Assembly (NCBI GenBank): GCA_045646945.1
Contig: JAZRLS010000022.1
Span: 1,181-65,180 of the forward strand
Direction of reading: 5' to 3'
Length of the DNA stretch: 64,000 bases
Source of the DNA: Eubacteriales bacterium
GTDB taxonomy: Bacteria; Bacillota; Clostridia; Oscillospirales; CAG-272
Shown: positions 21,521-30,929 of the stretch, piece after piece
How the letters are laid out: every line of letters starts with the position of its first letter
How positions within the stretch are numbered: position 1 is the first letter of the stretch
Notes under the pieces: generated by a model
Seen by the model: the letters and a program-made list of their open reading frames with translations, nothing else
The model's database searches: none
What the model was told of the DNA's origin: nothing
Position numbers and translations under genes: made by a program

Positions 21521-22066
21521 ATGAATCATTCAATCAATGGAACGTCTACTTTCGGTAAAGTCAAGAAGAAAAACAAAAACGGTCGGTTTAATTTTATCGA
21601 TTTGATTTTAGTCGTATTGATTTTATTAGTTATCGCAATTCTCATTCAGGTATTTTCACCGATTTCTTTGATTAAAAATCTTGCTTCCAATCAAACGAAG
21701 GAGATTCAATACACGGTGGAATTTTTAGGAGTGGATCAGGAATTTATCGATAGAATTAAGGAAGATGACCTTGTGATCAATTCTGTGACCAAAAACAATA
21801 TGGGAACCGTGGTTGCTGTAGACTACAATACAAAATACTCAGAGCTTCAATACGTTGAAAACGGAACAGAAGGCGAAGGTATTCTTTCGGAATATCCCAA
21901 TAGGTATAATTTGCTCGTAACCATTTCTGCGACGGCAGATTATGTGAAAGAGAATGGATACTCTGTCAATGCTACAAGAATTGCCGTAGGAGAAAAACTT
22001 GATCTTCGTTTCCCTGACTATGTTTCTGAAGGATATTGTATCGGTTTAGATACCGACGTAGACTGA
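21521..22066 (+). CDS. DUF4330-like membrane-anchored protein
   Basis: GRFNFIDLILVVLI N-anchor; beta-rich domain ending VNATRIAVG. Confidence 0.65.
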   Translation: MNHSINGTSTFGKVKKKNKNGRFNFIDLILVVLILLVIAILIQVFSPISLIKNLASNQTKEIQYTVEFLGVDQEFIDRIKEDDLVINSVTKNNMGTVVAVDYNTKYSELQYVENGTEGEGILSEYPNRYNLLVTISATADYVKENGYSVNATRIAVGEKLDLRFPDYVSEGYCIGLDTDVD

Positions 22067-22082
22067 AAAGAGGTAAGTGTTT

Positions 22083-22637
22083 ATGAAAGAAAAAAGAATC
22101 AAGCAACAAGAGAACCTCAAACATGGGCCCAGATTTAAAATACTAGACGCTGTAATTATTCTTTTGATAATTACCTCGGTTGTTGGTATTTACTTTCGCT
22201 ATAACGTATTTGAATCTTTGAAAAATCAAAAGGATATTAAGGAGTATGTTGTATCCTTCTCAGTTCAAAATATTCGAAGATCTACTACAAACTATCTTGA
22301 TATTGACGATGTCGTTTATTATGAAGAAGATGGAGAAAAGTTGGGTGAGCTGATCGGATATGCGGCAGAATCTTTTAACGCATTGCGCCCCACTCCTGCT
22401 TCCGAATATTTTGTGGATCAAAATGGAAATACCGTGCAGGTTTTTTATCCAAACAGTGAATCTATGGATGCTCGTGTGGATGTAGAAGGAAAACTTCTGT
22501 GCGAAGGTACGTATTCCGACGAAAGCGGCTTTTTGGTGAACGGAACTCGTTATTTGGCACCCGGACAGACCGTAGAGATATATACGGAAATGGTCAGCTT
22601 GACAATGACTGTCAAAGAAATCATTCTGTCAGAATAA
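22083..22637 (+). CDS. DUF4330-like membrane-anchored protein (paralog)
   Basis: RFKILDAVIILLI N-anchor; VNGTRYLAPG end motif similar to upstream gene. Confidence 0.62.
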   Translation: MKEKRIKQQENLKHGPRFKILDAVIILLIITSVVGIYFRYNVFESLKNQKDIKEYVVSFSVQNIRRSTTNYLDIDDVVYYEEDGEKLGELIGYAAESFNALRPTPASEYFVDQNGNTVQVFYPNSESMDARVDVEGKLLCEGTYSDESGFLVNGTRYLAPGQTVEIYTEMVSLTMTVKEIILSE

Positions 22638-22853
22638 AAAGCTACTTTTTCTCCAAATTCTTCAGAATTCTGATAAATGTGTGTAAAATGAAGAGTAAAA
22701 TTGGTTTTTTTGATGAAAATTTTGTTCATTTTCACCAATATTTCACTCTTGATTTTAAACAGATTTTTTGATATACTATTATATATAGAAATGACCTCAT
22801 GGATTGTTTTGTCGAATCCATGGACTGTCGATCGAAGAACAGGAGCGATATTT

Positions 22854-23117
22854 ATGGTAAAAAGAGACGTTGTAATTACGAACAATATTGGTTTGCACGC
22901 TAGACCTGCCACCTTTTTTATTCAAAAGGCAAATAGCTTTCAAAGTTCTATTTGGATTGAAAAGGATGATCGCAAGGTGAATGCAAAAAGTTTGCTTGGC
23001 GTTCTCTCTATGGGTATTGCAAAGGGAATGACTGTGACATTGATTGCAGACGGAAAAGACGAAGACGGTGCAATTAGCGGATTGATTGATTTGATCCAGA
23101 CCGGATTTATGGAATAA
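22854..23117 (+). CDS. ptsH: Phosphocarrier protein HPr
   Basis: GLHARPA (His15) and NAKSLLGVLS (Ser46). Confidence 0.93.
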   Translation: MVKRDVVITNNIGLHARPATFFIQKANSFQSSIWIEKDDRKVNAKSLLGVLSMGIAKGMTVTLIADGKDEDGAISGLIDLIQTGFME

Positions 23118-23176
23118 AAAATCAACGGGTTGTTTCGTACAGCCCGTTTGTTATTTTGGCGAAAGGAGAAGCACAA

Positions 23177-25039
23177 ATGCCGAACGATAGAAAACATTTT
23201 GATGCATTGTTAGAAAAAGCAAATACGTTGCCTCTTTCTCCTGGAGTTTATTTGATGCGCGATAAAAACGGAAAAGTAATTTACGTTGGAAAGTCGCGCA
23301 AACTAAAAAACCGTGTTTCTCAGTATTTTCAAAATAATCAAAAGAACTCGAAAACCGAAAAAATGGTACGACTTGTTGATGATTTTGAATATATTCTTTG
23401 TCGGACAGAAATGGAAGCACTGACGCTTGAGAATACACTGATCAAGCAATATTTACCAAAGTATAATATTAGGTTGAAGGATGCCAAATCCTACCCTTAT
23501 ATCAAAATTACGGCAGGCGAGTATCCAAAAATTATCTATACCAGATCCAGACTTTCGGATAACGCAAAATATTTCGGCCCATTTTCGGGAACCTCTACCG
23601 TATTTTCTGTATTGGATATTCTCCATAAATCCTTGGGAATCCCTAGCTGTAAACGGAATTTTCCCAAAGAGATTGGAAAAGAGCGTCCCTGTATTTATTA
23701 TCAAATGAAACAGTGCTGCGGTGTATGTACAGGGCGGGTTTCTACAGAAGAATATAGCGCATTGATTCGTTGTGCTACCGATATTTTGCGTGGCCATACC
23801 GCAGGAGCAATCGAACGGTTGGAAGAGCAAATGAACGTCTTTGCCGAAGACGAGCGATTTGAATCTGCGGCAAAATGTAGAGATACGATTATGGCGCTTC
23901 GCAATTTGAACCAAAAGCAACACGTGGTAGCATCTCCCGATACCAATATGGACGTTTTTGCATTATATTCCGACGAAGTATTTGCTTGTGTTTCCGTGAT
24001 GTACGTTCGCGATGGTGCCGTTACCGATAAAGCGGATTTTTTGTTGGAGAACGACGTTCTGACCGATAGTGCGGCGATGAGTGCCTTTTTGACAGAGCAT
24101 TATTTGCGAAAAGATTCGATTCCAAAGCAAGTGATGTTGTCCTTTGATTTAGAGGATGACGATCAAAGCTTGTTGGAAGACTTTTTAACTGAGCGTGCAG
24201 GACGCAAGGTAACTGTCAAACGTCCTGAGCGAGGAACGTATTTCGCACTTTGCAAGACTGTGCTTGATAACGCAGAGGAAAAAGTGCGGCAAACCCGTCT
24301 TGAGGCACAAAAAGATGATGCTGTACTGTTTTCTTTGGCAGAAATTTTATCTTTGGAAACGATTCCAGAACGAATTGAAGCTTATGATATTTCTAATATC
24401 GGAAACGAAAATATTACAGCGGGGATGATCGTTTTTCAAAATGGTAAGCCGAAAAAAAGCGATTATCGCCTCTTTCGCATCCAATCGGTTTCTCATGCCG
24501 ATGACTATGCTTCGATGCGAGAAGCAATCACACGCCGTATTAAGCATCTGAAAGAAGATCAGAATGGTTCTTTCGCGGAGTATCCTGATTTGCTGTTGAT
24601 TGACGGCGGTCGCGGACACGTCGGTGTGGTACGAGAAGTTCTTCAACAAGAAGGGATTGATATTCCCGTATTTGGAATGGTCAAGGACGATTATCATAAA
24701 ACACGAGCCCTTTGTACCGAAGACCAAGAGATCAATATTGCCCGTGAAAAAGCGATCTTTATGCTGATCTATAAAATTCAGGAAGAGGTTCATCGCTTTA
24801 CCGTGGTGCAGACGACGAATGCGAAAAGGAAAACAATGAAGCATTCTTCACTTGAAAAGATTGAAGGAATCGGCGCGGTGAAAGCAAGGAAATTGATGGG
24901 TGCCATGGGGACGCTTGCAGCAATCAAAAAGGCATCGGCTGCGGAACTGGTAGCCATTAGTGGCATTACGCAAACAGATGCACAACGGATTTATAACTAT
25001 TTTCATCCCGAAACGGGAAAAGACATTCGTGAGGAATAA
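23177..25039 (+). CDS. uvrC: Excinuclease ABC subunit C
   Basis: PGVYLM...IYVGKS GIY-YIG, RIEAYDISN, PDLLLIDGG, HhH end. Confidence 0.96.
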   Translation: MPNDRKHFDALLEKANTLPLSPGVYLMRDKNGKVIYVGKSRKLKNRVSQYFQNNQKNSKTEKMVRLVDDFEYILCRTEMEALTLENTLIKQYLPKYNIRLKDAKSYPYIKITAGEYPKIIYTRSRLSDNAKYFGPFSGTSTVFSVLDILHKSLGIPSCKRNFPKEIGKERPCIYYQMKQCCGVCTGRVSTEEYSALIRCATDILRGHTAGAIERLEEQMNVFAEDERFESAAKCRDTIMALRNLNQKQHVVASPDTNMDVFALYSDEVFACVSVMYVRDGAVTDKADFLLENDVLTDSAAMSAFLTEHYLRKDSIPKQVMLSFDLEDDDQSLLEDFLTERAGRKVTVKRPERGTYFALCKTVLDNAEEKVRQTRLEAQKDDAVLFSLAEILSLETIPERIEAYDISNIGNENITAGMIVFQNGKPKKSDYRLFRIQSVSHADDYASMREAITRRIKHLKEDQNGSFAEYPDLLLIDGGRGHVGVVREVLQQEGIDIPVFGMVKDDYHKTRALCTEDQEINIAREKAIFMLIYKIQEEVHRFTVVQTTNAKRKTMKHSSLEKIEGIGAVKARKLMGAMGTLAAIKKASAAELVAISGITQTDAQRIYNYFHPETGKDIREE

Positions 25040-25042
25040 AAT

Positions 25043-25609
25043 ATGATGCGTATTATTACGGGAAAAGCGAAGGGAATTCGCTTAAAGACGCTAGAGGGAG
25101 ACACCACAAGACCTACGGCGGAAAGAGTCAAAGAAGCGGTGTTTTCGATGCTTCAATTTGATTTAGAGGGACGTGAAGTACTGGATCTTTTTGCAGGTTC
25201 CGGACAGCTTGGTTTGGAAGCGCTTAGTCGTGGTGCGGCACATGCTGTGTTGGTGGATAAATCCAAGGCGGCGGTAAAAATTATTGAGGAAAATGCCATT
25301 AAAACAAAGCTAGCACTTGAGTGTACGATCAAGCTTTTGGATGCGATGGACTATCTTCGCCGAAATCGAGGAGAAAAATTTGATATTATCTTTTTAGATC
25401 CCCCGTATGCGGCAGGGCTTTATGCACCGATTCTTCGTCTGATGATGGAGTGCGGAAATTTAAAGCCGACCTCTCTCATTGTTTGTGAAAGCGATACGGA
25501 TGAGATTTTTGCAGGTGATACGATGCTTTCGGAATCTTTTAAAGTTCACAAAAAATCTCGGTACAGTAGAACGGTGATTACCGTTCTTTCACTGAGGGGA
25601 GAAGAATAA
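25043..25609 (+). CDS. rsmD: 16S rRNA m2G966 methyltransferase
   Basis: MRIITG, TRPT, LDLFAGSGQLGLEALSRGA, FLDPPY. Confidence 0.95.
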   Translation: MMRIITGKAKGIRLKTLEGDTTRPTAERVKEAVFSMLQFDLEGREVLDLFAGSGQLGLEALSRGAAHAVLVDKSKAAVKIIEENAIKTKLALECTIKLLDAMDYLRRNRGEKFDIIFLDPPYAAGLYAPILRLMMECGNLKPTSLIVCESDTDEIFAGDTMLSESFKVHKKSRYSRTVITVLSLRGEE

Positions 25610-26100
25610 TGAAAAAGAAAATCGCAATCGTACCGGGAAGCTTTGACCCGATTACATTGGGACATTTGGATGTGATCGAACGAGCCGCAGAACGTTACGA
25701 TCTCGTTTACGTTGCCGTGATGGTTAATTCTGAAAAAAACTATATGTTTTCTATGGAGCAGAGAAAACGTATTGCCGAAGTGGCGGTGGGAAACCGTCCG
25801 AACGTAAAAGTGATTTCTTCCGAAGGAATGCTTTGGTCGCTTGCGAAAGCGCTTGGAGCTGTTGCGATTATCAAAGGCGTTCGTAATGACATCGATCTTT
25901 CCTACGAGAAAACGATGGCGGAATACAATTCTGCACACTATTCTGCGGCAGAAACAGTTCTTTTGCCTGCGAAGGAAAAATACCTGAACATCAGTTCAAC
26001 AATCGTCAGAACGAAGATTTTAGCGCATGAAGACCTTTCTGAACTATTGCCGCGCGAGGCAATCGACGAAATCCAAAAAATTTTTCCGATCACCGTATAA
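25609..26100 (+). CDS. coaD: Phosphopantetheine adenylyltransferase
   Basis: PGSFDPITLGHLDVI, ISST; follows rsmD. Confidence 0.95.
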   Translation: MKKKIAIVPGSFDPITLGHLDVIERAAERYDLVYVAVMVNSEKNYMFSMEQRKRIAEVAVGNRPNVKVISSEGMLWSLAKALGAVAIIKGVRNDIDLSYEKTMAEYNSAHYSAAETVLLPAKEKYLNISSTIVRTKILAHEDLSELLPREAIDEIQKIFPITV

Positions 26101-26147
26101 AACCAAAGACTTGTCCTAAAAAAATAAATACAAGCACGCATTGCCGT

Positions 26148-26177
26148 GTTCTACTTCACGTAATCCTCCCATATATT
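26148..26177 (+). promoter_or_regulatory. Putative sigma-E promoter of spoIVA
   Basis: GTTCT-17 bp-CATATATT; identical arrangement upstream of spoIIID. Confidence 0.7.
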
Positions 26178-26208
26178 TTATTGAAAAATATATCGGGAGG
26201 ATTTTATT

Positions 26209-27687
26209 ATGGCTGAGCATTCGATTTATCAGGATATTGCCGAACGAACGGGGGGCGATATCTACATTGGCGTTGTTGGTCCCGTTCGTACAGGGAAATC
26301 AACCTTTATCAAGCGTTTTATGGAATCTTTGGTGTTGCCGAATATCGACGATAATTATTCCAGAGATCGTGCGCGCGATGAAATGCCGCAATCTGCCGCA
26401 GGAAAAACGGTGATGACTACCGAGCCGAAATTTGTGCCTGATGAGGCGGTAACCATTAAGATTGACGATTGTGCCTCCTTGCGTGTCAAAATGATCGATT
26501 GTGTGGGATATATCGTTTCCGAAGCACTCGGTACGATTGAAAACGGTCAGGCACGTATGGTACATACGCCGTGGCAGGAAGAACCGATGCCTTTTGTGGA
26601 AGCCGCGGAAATGGGAACGGAGAAGGTGATTCAAGAACATTCAACGATCGGTATGCTGATTACGACCGACGGAACCATCGGTGAGATTTCGAGAGACAGC
26701 TACGTTCCTGCCGAGGAGAGAATTGTCAACGAGCTCAAAAGCATCGGAAAACCGTTTGCGATGATCTTAAACTCAGCCAATCCTTCATCGGAGGAGGCAA
26801 TCGCACTTGCTTACGAGTTAGAAGCAAAATATGACGTTCCTGTAGCACTTGTGAGTTGTATTGATTTGGACGCAGAGGATATTCGTCATATTCTTGAGTT
26901 GGTGTTGCACGAATTTCCCGTGTCGGAGATTTCGGTAGAATTGCCTGTTTGGATGGAGGCATTGGAAGCGGATCATAAAATCAAAGCCTCGTTGCAGAGC
27001 TCGCTTTGTGCTTGTGCCGATAAAATTCATAAAACGGGCGACTTGAAGAATGGCTTTGGCGATCTCGAAAACAATGAATATGTCTGCGGAGTCCGTATGG
27101 AGGAGATCGATCTCGGTACGGGAAAGGCAAAGCTTCACCTCAGTTTCGATGATGCCTTGTATTATTCGGTACTCAGCGAGCTGAGTGGATTTGAAATTAC
27201 GGGAGAGCGCGCGCTGATTGATCTTCTGAAAGAGCTTTCCGTGATGAAAGGACAGTACGAACGCGTTTCGGAAGCTCTAGCTATGGCGGAAGAAAAAGGA
27301 TACGGCATTGTGATGCCGAGCATTGAGGAGCTTCATCTGGAAGAGCCGCAGATCGTAAAGCAATCGGGCGGTTACGGCGTTCGTCTGTGTGCCTCAGCGC
27401 AATCGATTCACTTGATTCGTGCTAATATTGAAACCGAGATCAATCCGATTGTGGGAACGGAGCAACAGTCGGAAGAGATCGTTCGCTATATGCTTCGAGA
27501 GTTTGAGGAAGAGCCACAAAAAATTTGGGAATCGAACGTTTTCGGCAAGAGTCTTTATGAGCTTGTCAACGAGGGGCTGCATACGAAGCTCGAGCACATG
27601 CCCGAAGAATCTCGTACCAAGCTTTCCGAAACCTTGGAGCGAATCATCAATGAAGGTAGCGGTGGACTGATTTGTATTATTTTGTAA
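26209..27687 (+). CDS. spoIVA: Stage IV sporulation protein A
   Basis: IYQDIAERTGGDIYIGVVGPVRTGKSTFIKRFM; C-terminal GGLICIIL. Confidence 0.98.
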   Translation: MAEHSIYQDIAERTGGDIYIGVVGPVRTGKSTFIKRFMESLVLPNIDDNYSRDRARDEMPQSAAGKTVMTTEPKFVPDEAVTIKIDDCASLRVKMIDCVGYIVSEALGTIENGQARMVHTPWQEEPMPFVEAAEMGTEKVIQEHSTIGMLITTDGTIGEISRDSYVPAEERIVNELKSIGKPFAMILNSANPSSEEAIALAYELEAKYDVPVALVSCIDLDAEDIRHILELVLHEFPVSEISVELPVWMEALEADHKIKASLQSSLCACADKIHKTGDLKNGFGDLENNEYVCGVRMEEIDLGTGKAKLHLSFDDALYYSVLSELSGFEITGERALIDLLKELSVMKGQYERVSEALAMAEEKGYGIVMPSIEELHLEEPQIVKQSGGYGVRLCASAQSIHLIRANIETEINPIVGTEQQSEEIVRYMLREFEEEPQKIWESNVFGKSLYELVNEGLHTKLEHMPEESRTKLSETLERIINEGSGGLICIIL

Positions 27688-27698
27688 TATCACTCAAG

Positions 27699-27734
27699 AA
27701 AACGGAGTAAGGATTTTCCTTGCTCCGTTTTTTT
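27699..27734 (+). terminator. Intrinsic terminator
   Basis: AAAACGGAGTAAGGA-ttt-TCCTTGCTCCGTTTT plus T run. Confidence 0.8.
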
Positions 27735-27799
27735 GTTGACAAGCGTTTTGAAATATGGTACAATAATTCTATATTCTTAATCGTAGAAAGAAGAATTTT

Positions 27800-28264
27800 A
27801 TGGATCGAAAATTTATGCAGGAGGCACTTCTTCTTGCGAAGCAGGCAAAAGAGATGGGGGAAGTCCCCGTAGGTGCGGTGATCGTAAAGGACGGAAAGAT
27901 TCTTTGCGGTGCGTGCAATCTGCGCGAAAAAAACGGAATGGCGACCGCGCACGCTGAATTGCTTGCAATTGAAGAAGCTTGTCGTATTCTTGGCGATTGG
28001 CATCTTTGCGGTTGTACCCTCTATGTAACGCTTGAGCCTTGTCCAATGTGTGCGGGGGCCATTGTAAACTCGCGGATTGCCCGTGTTGTTTATGGGGCAA
28101 AGGATGCAGTCGCGGGTTGTTGCGGAAGCATTTTAAACCTCAATCACTATCCATTCAATCATTCGTTTGAATTGCAAGGCGGTATCTGTGAGGACGAATG
28201 TCGGACTATCTTACAAGATTTTTTTAAAGAACAAAGAGAGAACGTATGCAAAATCAAAAAGTAA
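27800..28264 (+). CDS. tadA: tRNA adenosine(34) deaminase
   Basis: EVPVGAVIV, HAE, TLEPCPMCAGA. Confidence 0.92.
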   Translation: MDRKFMQEALLLAKQAKEMGEVPVGAVIVKDGKILCGACNLREKNGMATAHAELLAIEEACRILGDWHLCGCTLYVTLEPCPMCAGAIVNSRIARVVYGAKDAVAGCCGSILNLNHYPFNHSFELQGGICEDECRTILQDFFKEQRENVCKIKK

Positions 28265-28977
28265 AAAGTTATCTTTATGGAATGAAAAAAGCCATTCCTG
28301 TGTTGATCGGCTTTTTGCCCGTAGCAATTACTTATGCGATTATGGCGCGCGGGGCAGGTCTTACCGCGGGTGAAACGGTGGGAATGTCTGCCGCTGTCTT
28401 TGCAGGAGCAAGTCAGATTATGGCAGTGGGAATGCTTGCCGGCGGAGCAGGGAGCTTTTCGATTATTTTAGCAACCTTTGTGCTCAATTTGCGGCATATT
28501 ATTATGAGTACGTGTGTTTTTCACCGACTCAAAACCAAAAATTGGCTCGCTCGCATCGTTTCAGGCTTTGGCGTGACCGATGAAACCTTTGCGCTCTATA
28601 CGACCGAGGATGAAAACAACTGTAATGAATTTTTTATGCTCGGACTCATTACCGTTTCCTATCTTTCGTGGGTACTTGGAGCGGTCATTGGAATCGTCGC
28701 AAGCAATATTCTGCCACCAAGCTTGGCATCAAGCTTCGGTGTTGCACTGTATGCGCTTTTCTTGGCACTGATTGTTCCTGATGTAAAAAAAGATCTTCGC
28801 TTGTTGGTTTGTGTCATTCTTACCGTTCTTCTCAATACGATGCTTTCCTTTTTGATGGAGAGTAGTTGGGCAATTATTCTTTGCACTCTTCTTGGAGCGG
28901 CAATTGGCGTTTGGCTGATGGAAGGTAGGATGTTTTGCCAAAAGCCATCGAATGAAACGGAGGTGGATGCAAAATGA
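28246..28977 (+). CDS. azlC: AzlC family branched-chain amino acid exporter
   Basis: FAGASQ, NLRHIIM, TDETFA. Confidence 0.88.
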   Translation: MQNQKVKSYLYGMKKAIPVLIGFLPVAITYAIMARGAGLTAGETVGMSAAVFAGASQIMAVGMLAGGAGSFSIILATFVLNLRHIIMSTCVFHRLKTKNWLARIVSGFGVTDETFALYTTEDENNCNEFFMLGLITVSYLSWVLGAVIGIVASNILPPSLASSFGVALYALFLALIVPDVKKDLRLLVCVILTVLLNTMLSFLMESSWAIILCTLLGAAIGVWLMEGRMFCQKPSNETEVDAK

Positions 28978-29270
28978 TTCCGCTTCTGATTTTTGGAATG
29001 GCGGCGGTGACCTTTTTACCGAGGGTCCTTCCCGCATTTCTCGTTGAAAAGCTCAAATTCAACCGCTACGTGGATCGTTTTTTGCGCTTAATTCCATATA
29101 CCGCGATGGCGGCATTGATCTTTCCCGGCGTCCTTTCGGTCGATCCTACGCGATGGTATGTCGGTGCTGTCGGTGCGATCGTTGCGATTGCATTGTCTTG
29201 TATTCCAAAGATTTCTTCGGGAATCGTTGTGGTCGCATCGGTGCTGTCGTTACTGATATTTTTTATTTAA
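28974..29270 (+). CDS. azlD: AzlD family exporter small subunit
   Basis: MAAVTFLPRVLP...FLRLIPYTAMAALIFP; coupled to azlC. Confidence 0.85.
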   Translation: MIPLLIFGMAAVTFLPRVLPAFLVEKLKFNRYVDRFLRLIPYTAMAALIFPGVLSVDPTRWYVGAVGAIVAIALSCIPKISSGIVVVASVLSLLIFFI

Positions 29271-29284
29271 CGTGAGGTGAGAAA

Positions 29285-29488
29285 ATGAAAATTACACTCA
29301 ATCCCGACGAGGGAATTGTTCGTATGATTCAAACGGGTCTGGAGCAAAGCGGAGGATACTGTCCTTGCCGCAGAGAAAAGACCGAAGAAAATAAATGTAT
29401 GTGCCGCGAATTCAAAGAGCAGATCAAAGATCCGAATTTCGAGGGCTATTGCCATTGTATGCTGTATTATAAGAGCTTGCAGGAATAA
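29285..29488 (+). CDS. Ferredoxin-thioredoxin reductase catalytic-chain-like Fe-S protein
   Basis: CPC...CMC...CHC triad in 67 aa; GAGGTG RBS. Confidence 0.8.
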   Translation: MKITLNPDEGIVRMIQTGLEQSGGYCPCRREKTEENKCMCREFKEQIKDPNFEGYCHCMLYYKSLQE

Positions 29489-29491
29489 ACA

Positions 29492-29540
29492 ACCGATGAC
29501 TGCACAAGTCCGTTCTTAACAGACTTATGCAGTCATCGGT
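29492..29540. terminator. Long hairpin between convergent genes
   Basis: ACCGATGACTGCA.AAGTC.GTT / AAC.GACTT.TGCAGTCATCGGT. Confidence 0.75.
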
Positions 29541-29545
29541 GATTT

Positions 29546-30898
29546 TTATAAATCTTCGTTTGGCGTTTTTTTCATAAAATATATGATAAACGGAACAGAG
29601 ATGAGACCAGTGAGGATATCTCCAACAGGCTGTGCAATCTGAATTCCGAGAATTCCGAAGAAATGCACGCCGATAAAGAGTACGGGGATAAAAGCAAGTC
29701 CCGAGCGTAAGATCGATAAGAAGGAGGCGGTTCCTGCTTTTCGGATACTTTGATAGAGCATATTGATAGGAACCGACAGCGGCATTGCCAGAAGTCCAAG
29801 ACTTGCATAGCGAAGGGCGGGCGCGCCGATCCGAACTGTGGCATCACTCGGCTGGAAGAGGTAAACGATCTCTTCCGCAAAAACGAGCGAGAGTGTAGAA
29901 AGTACCGCTACCACGATAAAACCGAGCACCGAGGTGAAAATGAGTCCTTGCTTGACACGTTTGTATTTCTTTGCCTGATAGTTAAAGGAGGCGACAGGTT
30001 GGAATCCTTGTCCGATACCGAGTCCTACGCAGAGGACGAGGGAATAGAAGCGTCCGACCACACTCATCGCGGCAATGGCGGCGTCGCCAAAGGGCTTTGT
30101 GAGGTTATTGAGAAGTCCGTTGGAGAGCGAGGTCAGACCTTGGCGGATCAGCGACGGAAATCCGACCTTGACGATCGAAATATAAACCGAAGCCTTTCGG
30201 CTCATTGCGCAAAGCGAAATCGAGCCTTGCGCCATCCGTTTATACAGAATCAAAAGAATGGCAAAGCTGACCATCTGTGAAATTGCCGTTGCCATTCCCG
30301 CACCAAAGACACCGAGACCGAAAACGCGAATGAGAAGATAATCTCCGAAGATATTGAGAATACCGCCTGCCGTCAAACCGATCATTGCGTAAAATGCCTT
30401 GCCCTCATAACGGAGATTGTTATTGAGGATCATGGAACAGATCAAAAACGGACACGCGACGAGTACCCAAAATCCGTAATCGCAGGCATAAGGGAGAATC
30501 GTTTCGGTGCTTCCAAGCAAGCGCATCAGCGGACGCAAACAGCAAAGACCGCTCAATAGAAGAACAAGTCCCGCAATTGCACCCGTGAAAAAGGCACTAG
30601 ATACGTATTCTGTGGCTTCTTTTTTGTTTTTATCTGCAAGCGCTTTTGCAACAAAGGTGCCCGAACCGTGTCCAAGCATAAACGCAATCGCCTGGATGAT
30701 GGTTTGCAGAGAGAAGAGAATACCTGTTGCCGCTTGTTGGCTTTCACCAAGCGTACCGACAAAATAGGTATCGACCAGATTATAAATGCTTGTGATCAGC
30801 ATCGAGATGGTCGTCGGAATGCCGAGACGGACGATCAAGCGAGATACGGGCGTTTGGGTCATTTTTTGATAATGACTATCAATAGAAACTACTGACAC
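29546..30898 (-). CDS. MATE family efflux transporter
   Basis: IPTTISMLITSIYNLVDTYFVG, NIFGDYLLI, GAGMATAISQ, GIGQGFQP; about 12 TM; GTG start after AAAGGA. Confidence 0.92.
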   Translation of the reverse strand: MSVVSIDSHYQKMTQTPVSRLIVRLGIPTTISMLITSIYNLVDTYFVGTLGESQQAATGILFSLQTIIQAIAFMLGHGSGTFVAKALADKNKKEATEYVSSAFFTGAIAGLVLLLSGLCCLRPLMRLLGSTETILPYACDYGFWVLVACPFLICSMILNNNLRYEGKAFYAMIGLTAGGILNIFGDYLLIRVFGLGVFGAGMATAISQMVSFAILLILYKRMAQGSISLCAMSRKASVYISIVKVGFPSLIRQGLTSLSNGLLNNLTKPFGDAAIAAMSVVGRFYSLVLCVGLGIGQGFQPVASFNYQAKKYKRVKQGLIFTSVLGFIVVAVLSTLSLVFAEEIVYLFQPSDATVRIGAPALRYASLGLLAMPLSVPINMLYQSIRKAGTASFLSILRSGLAFIPVLFIGVHFFGILGIQIAQPVGDILTGLISVPFIIYFMKKTPNEDL

Positions 30899-30929
30899 TT
30901 TGTTATCCTTTTCTTTTGATATACTTTTC

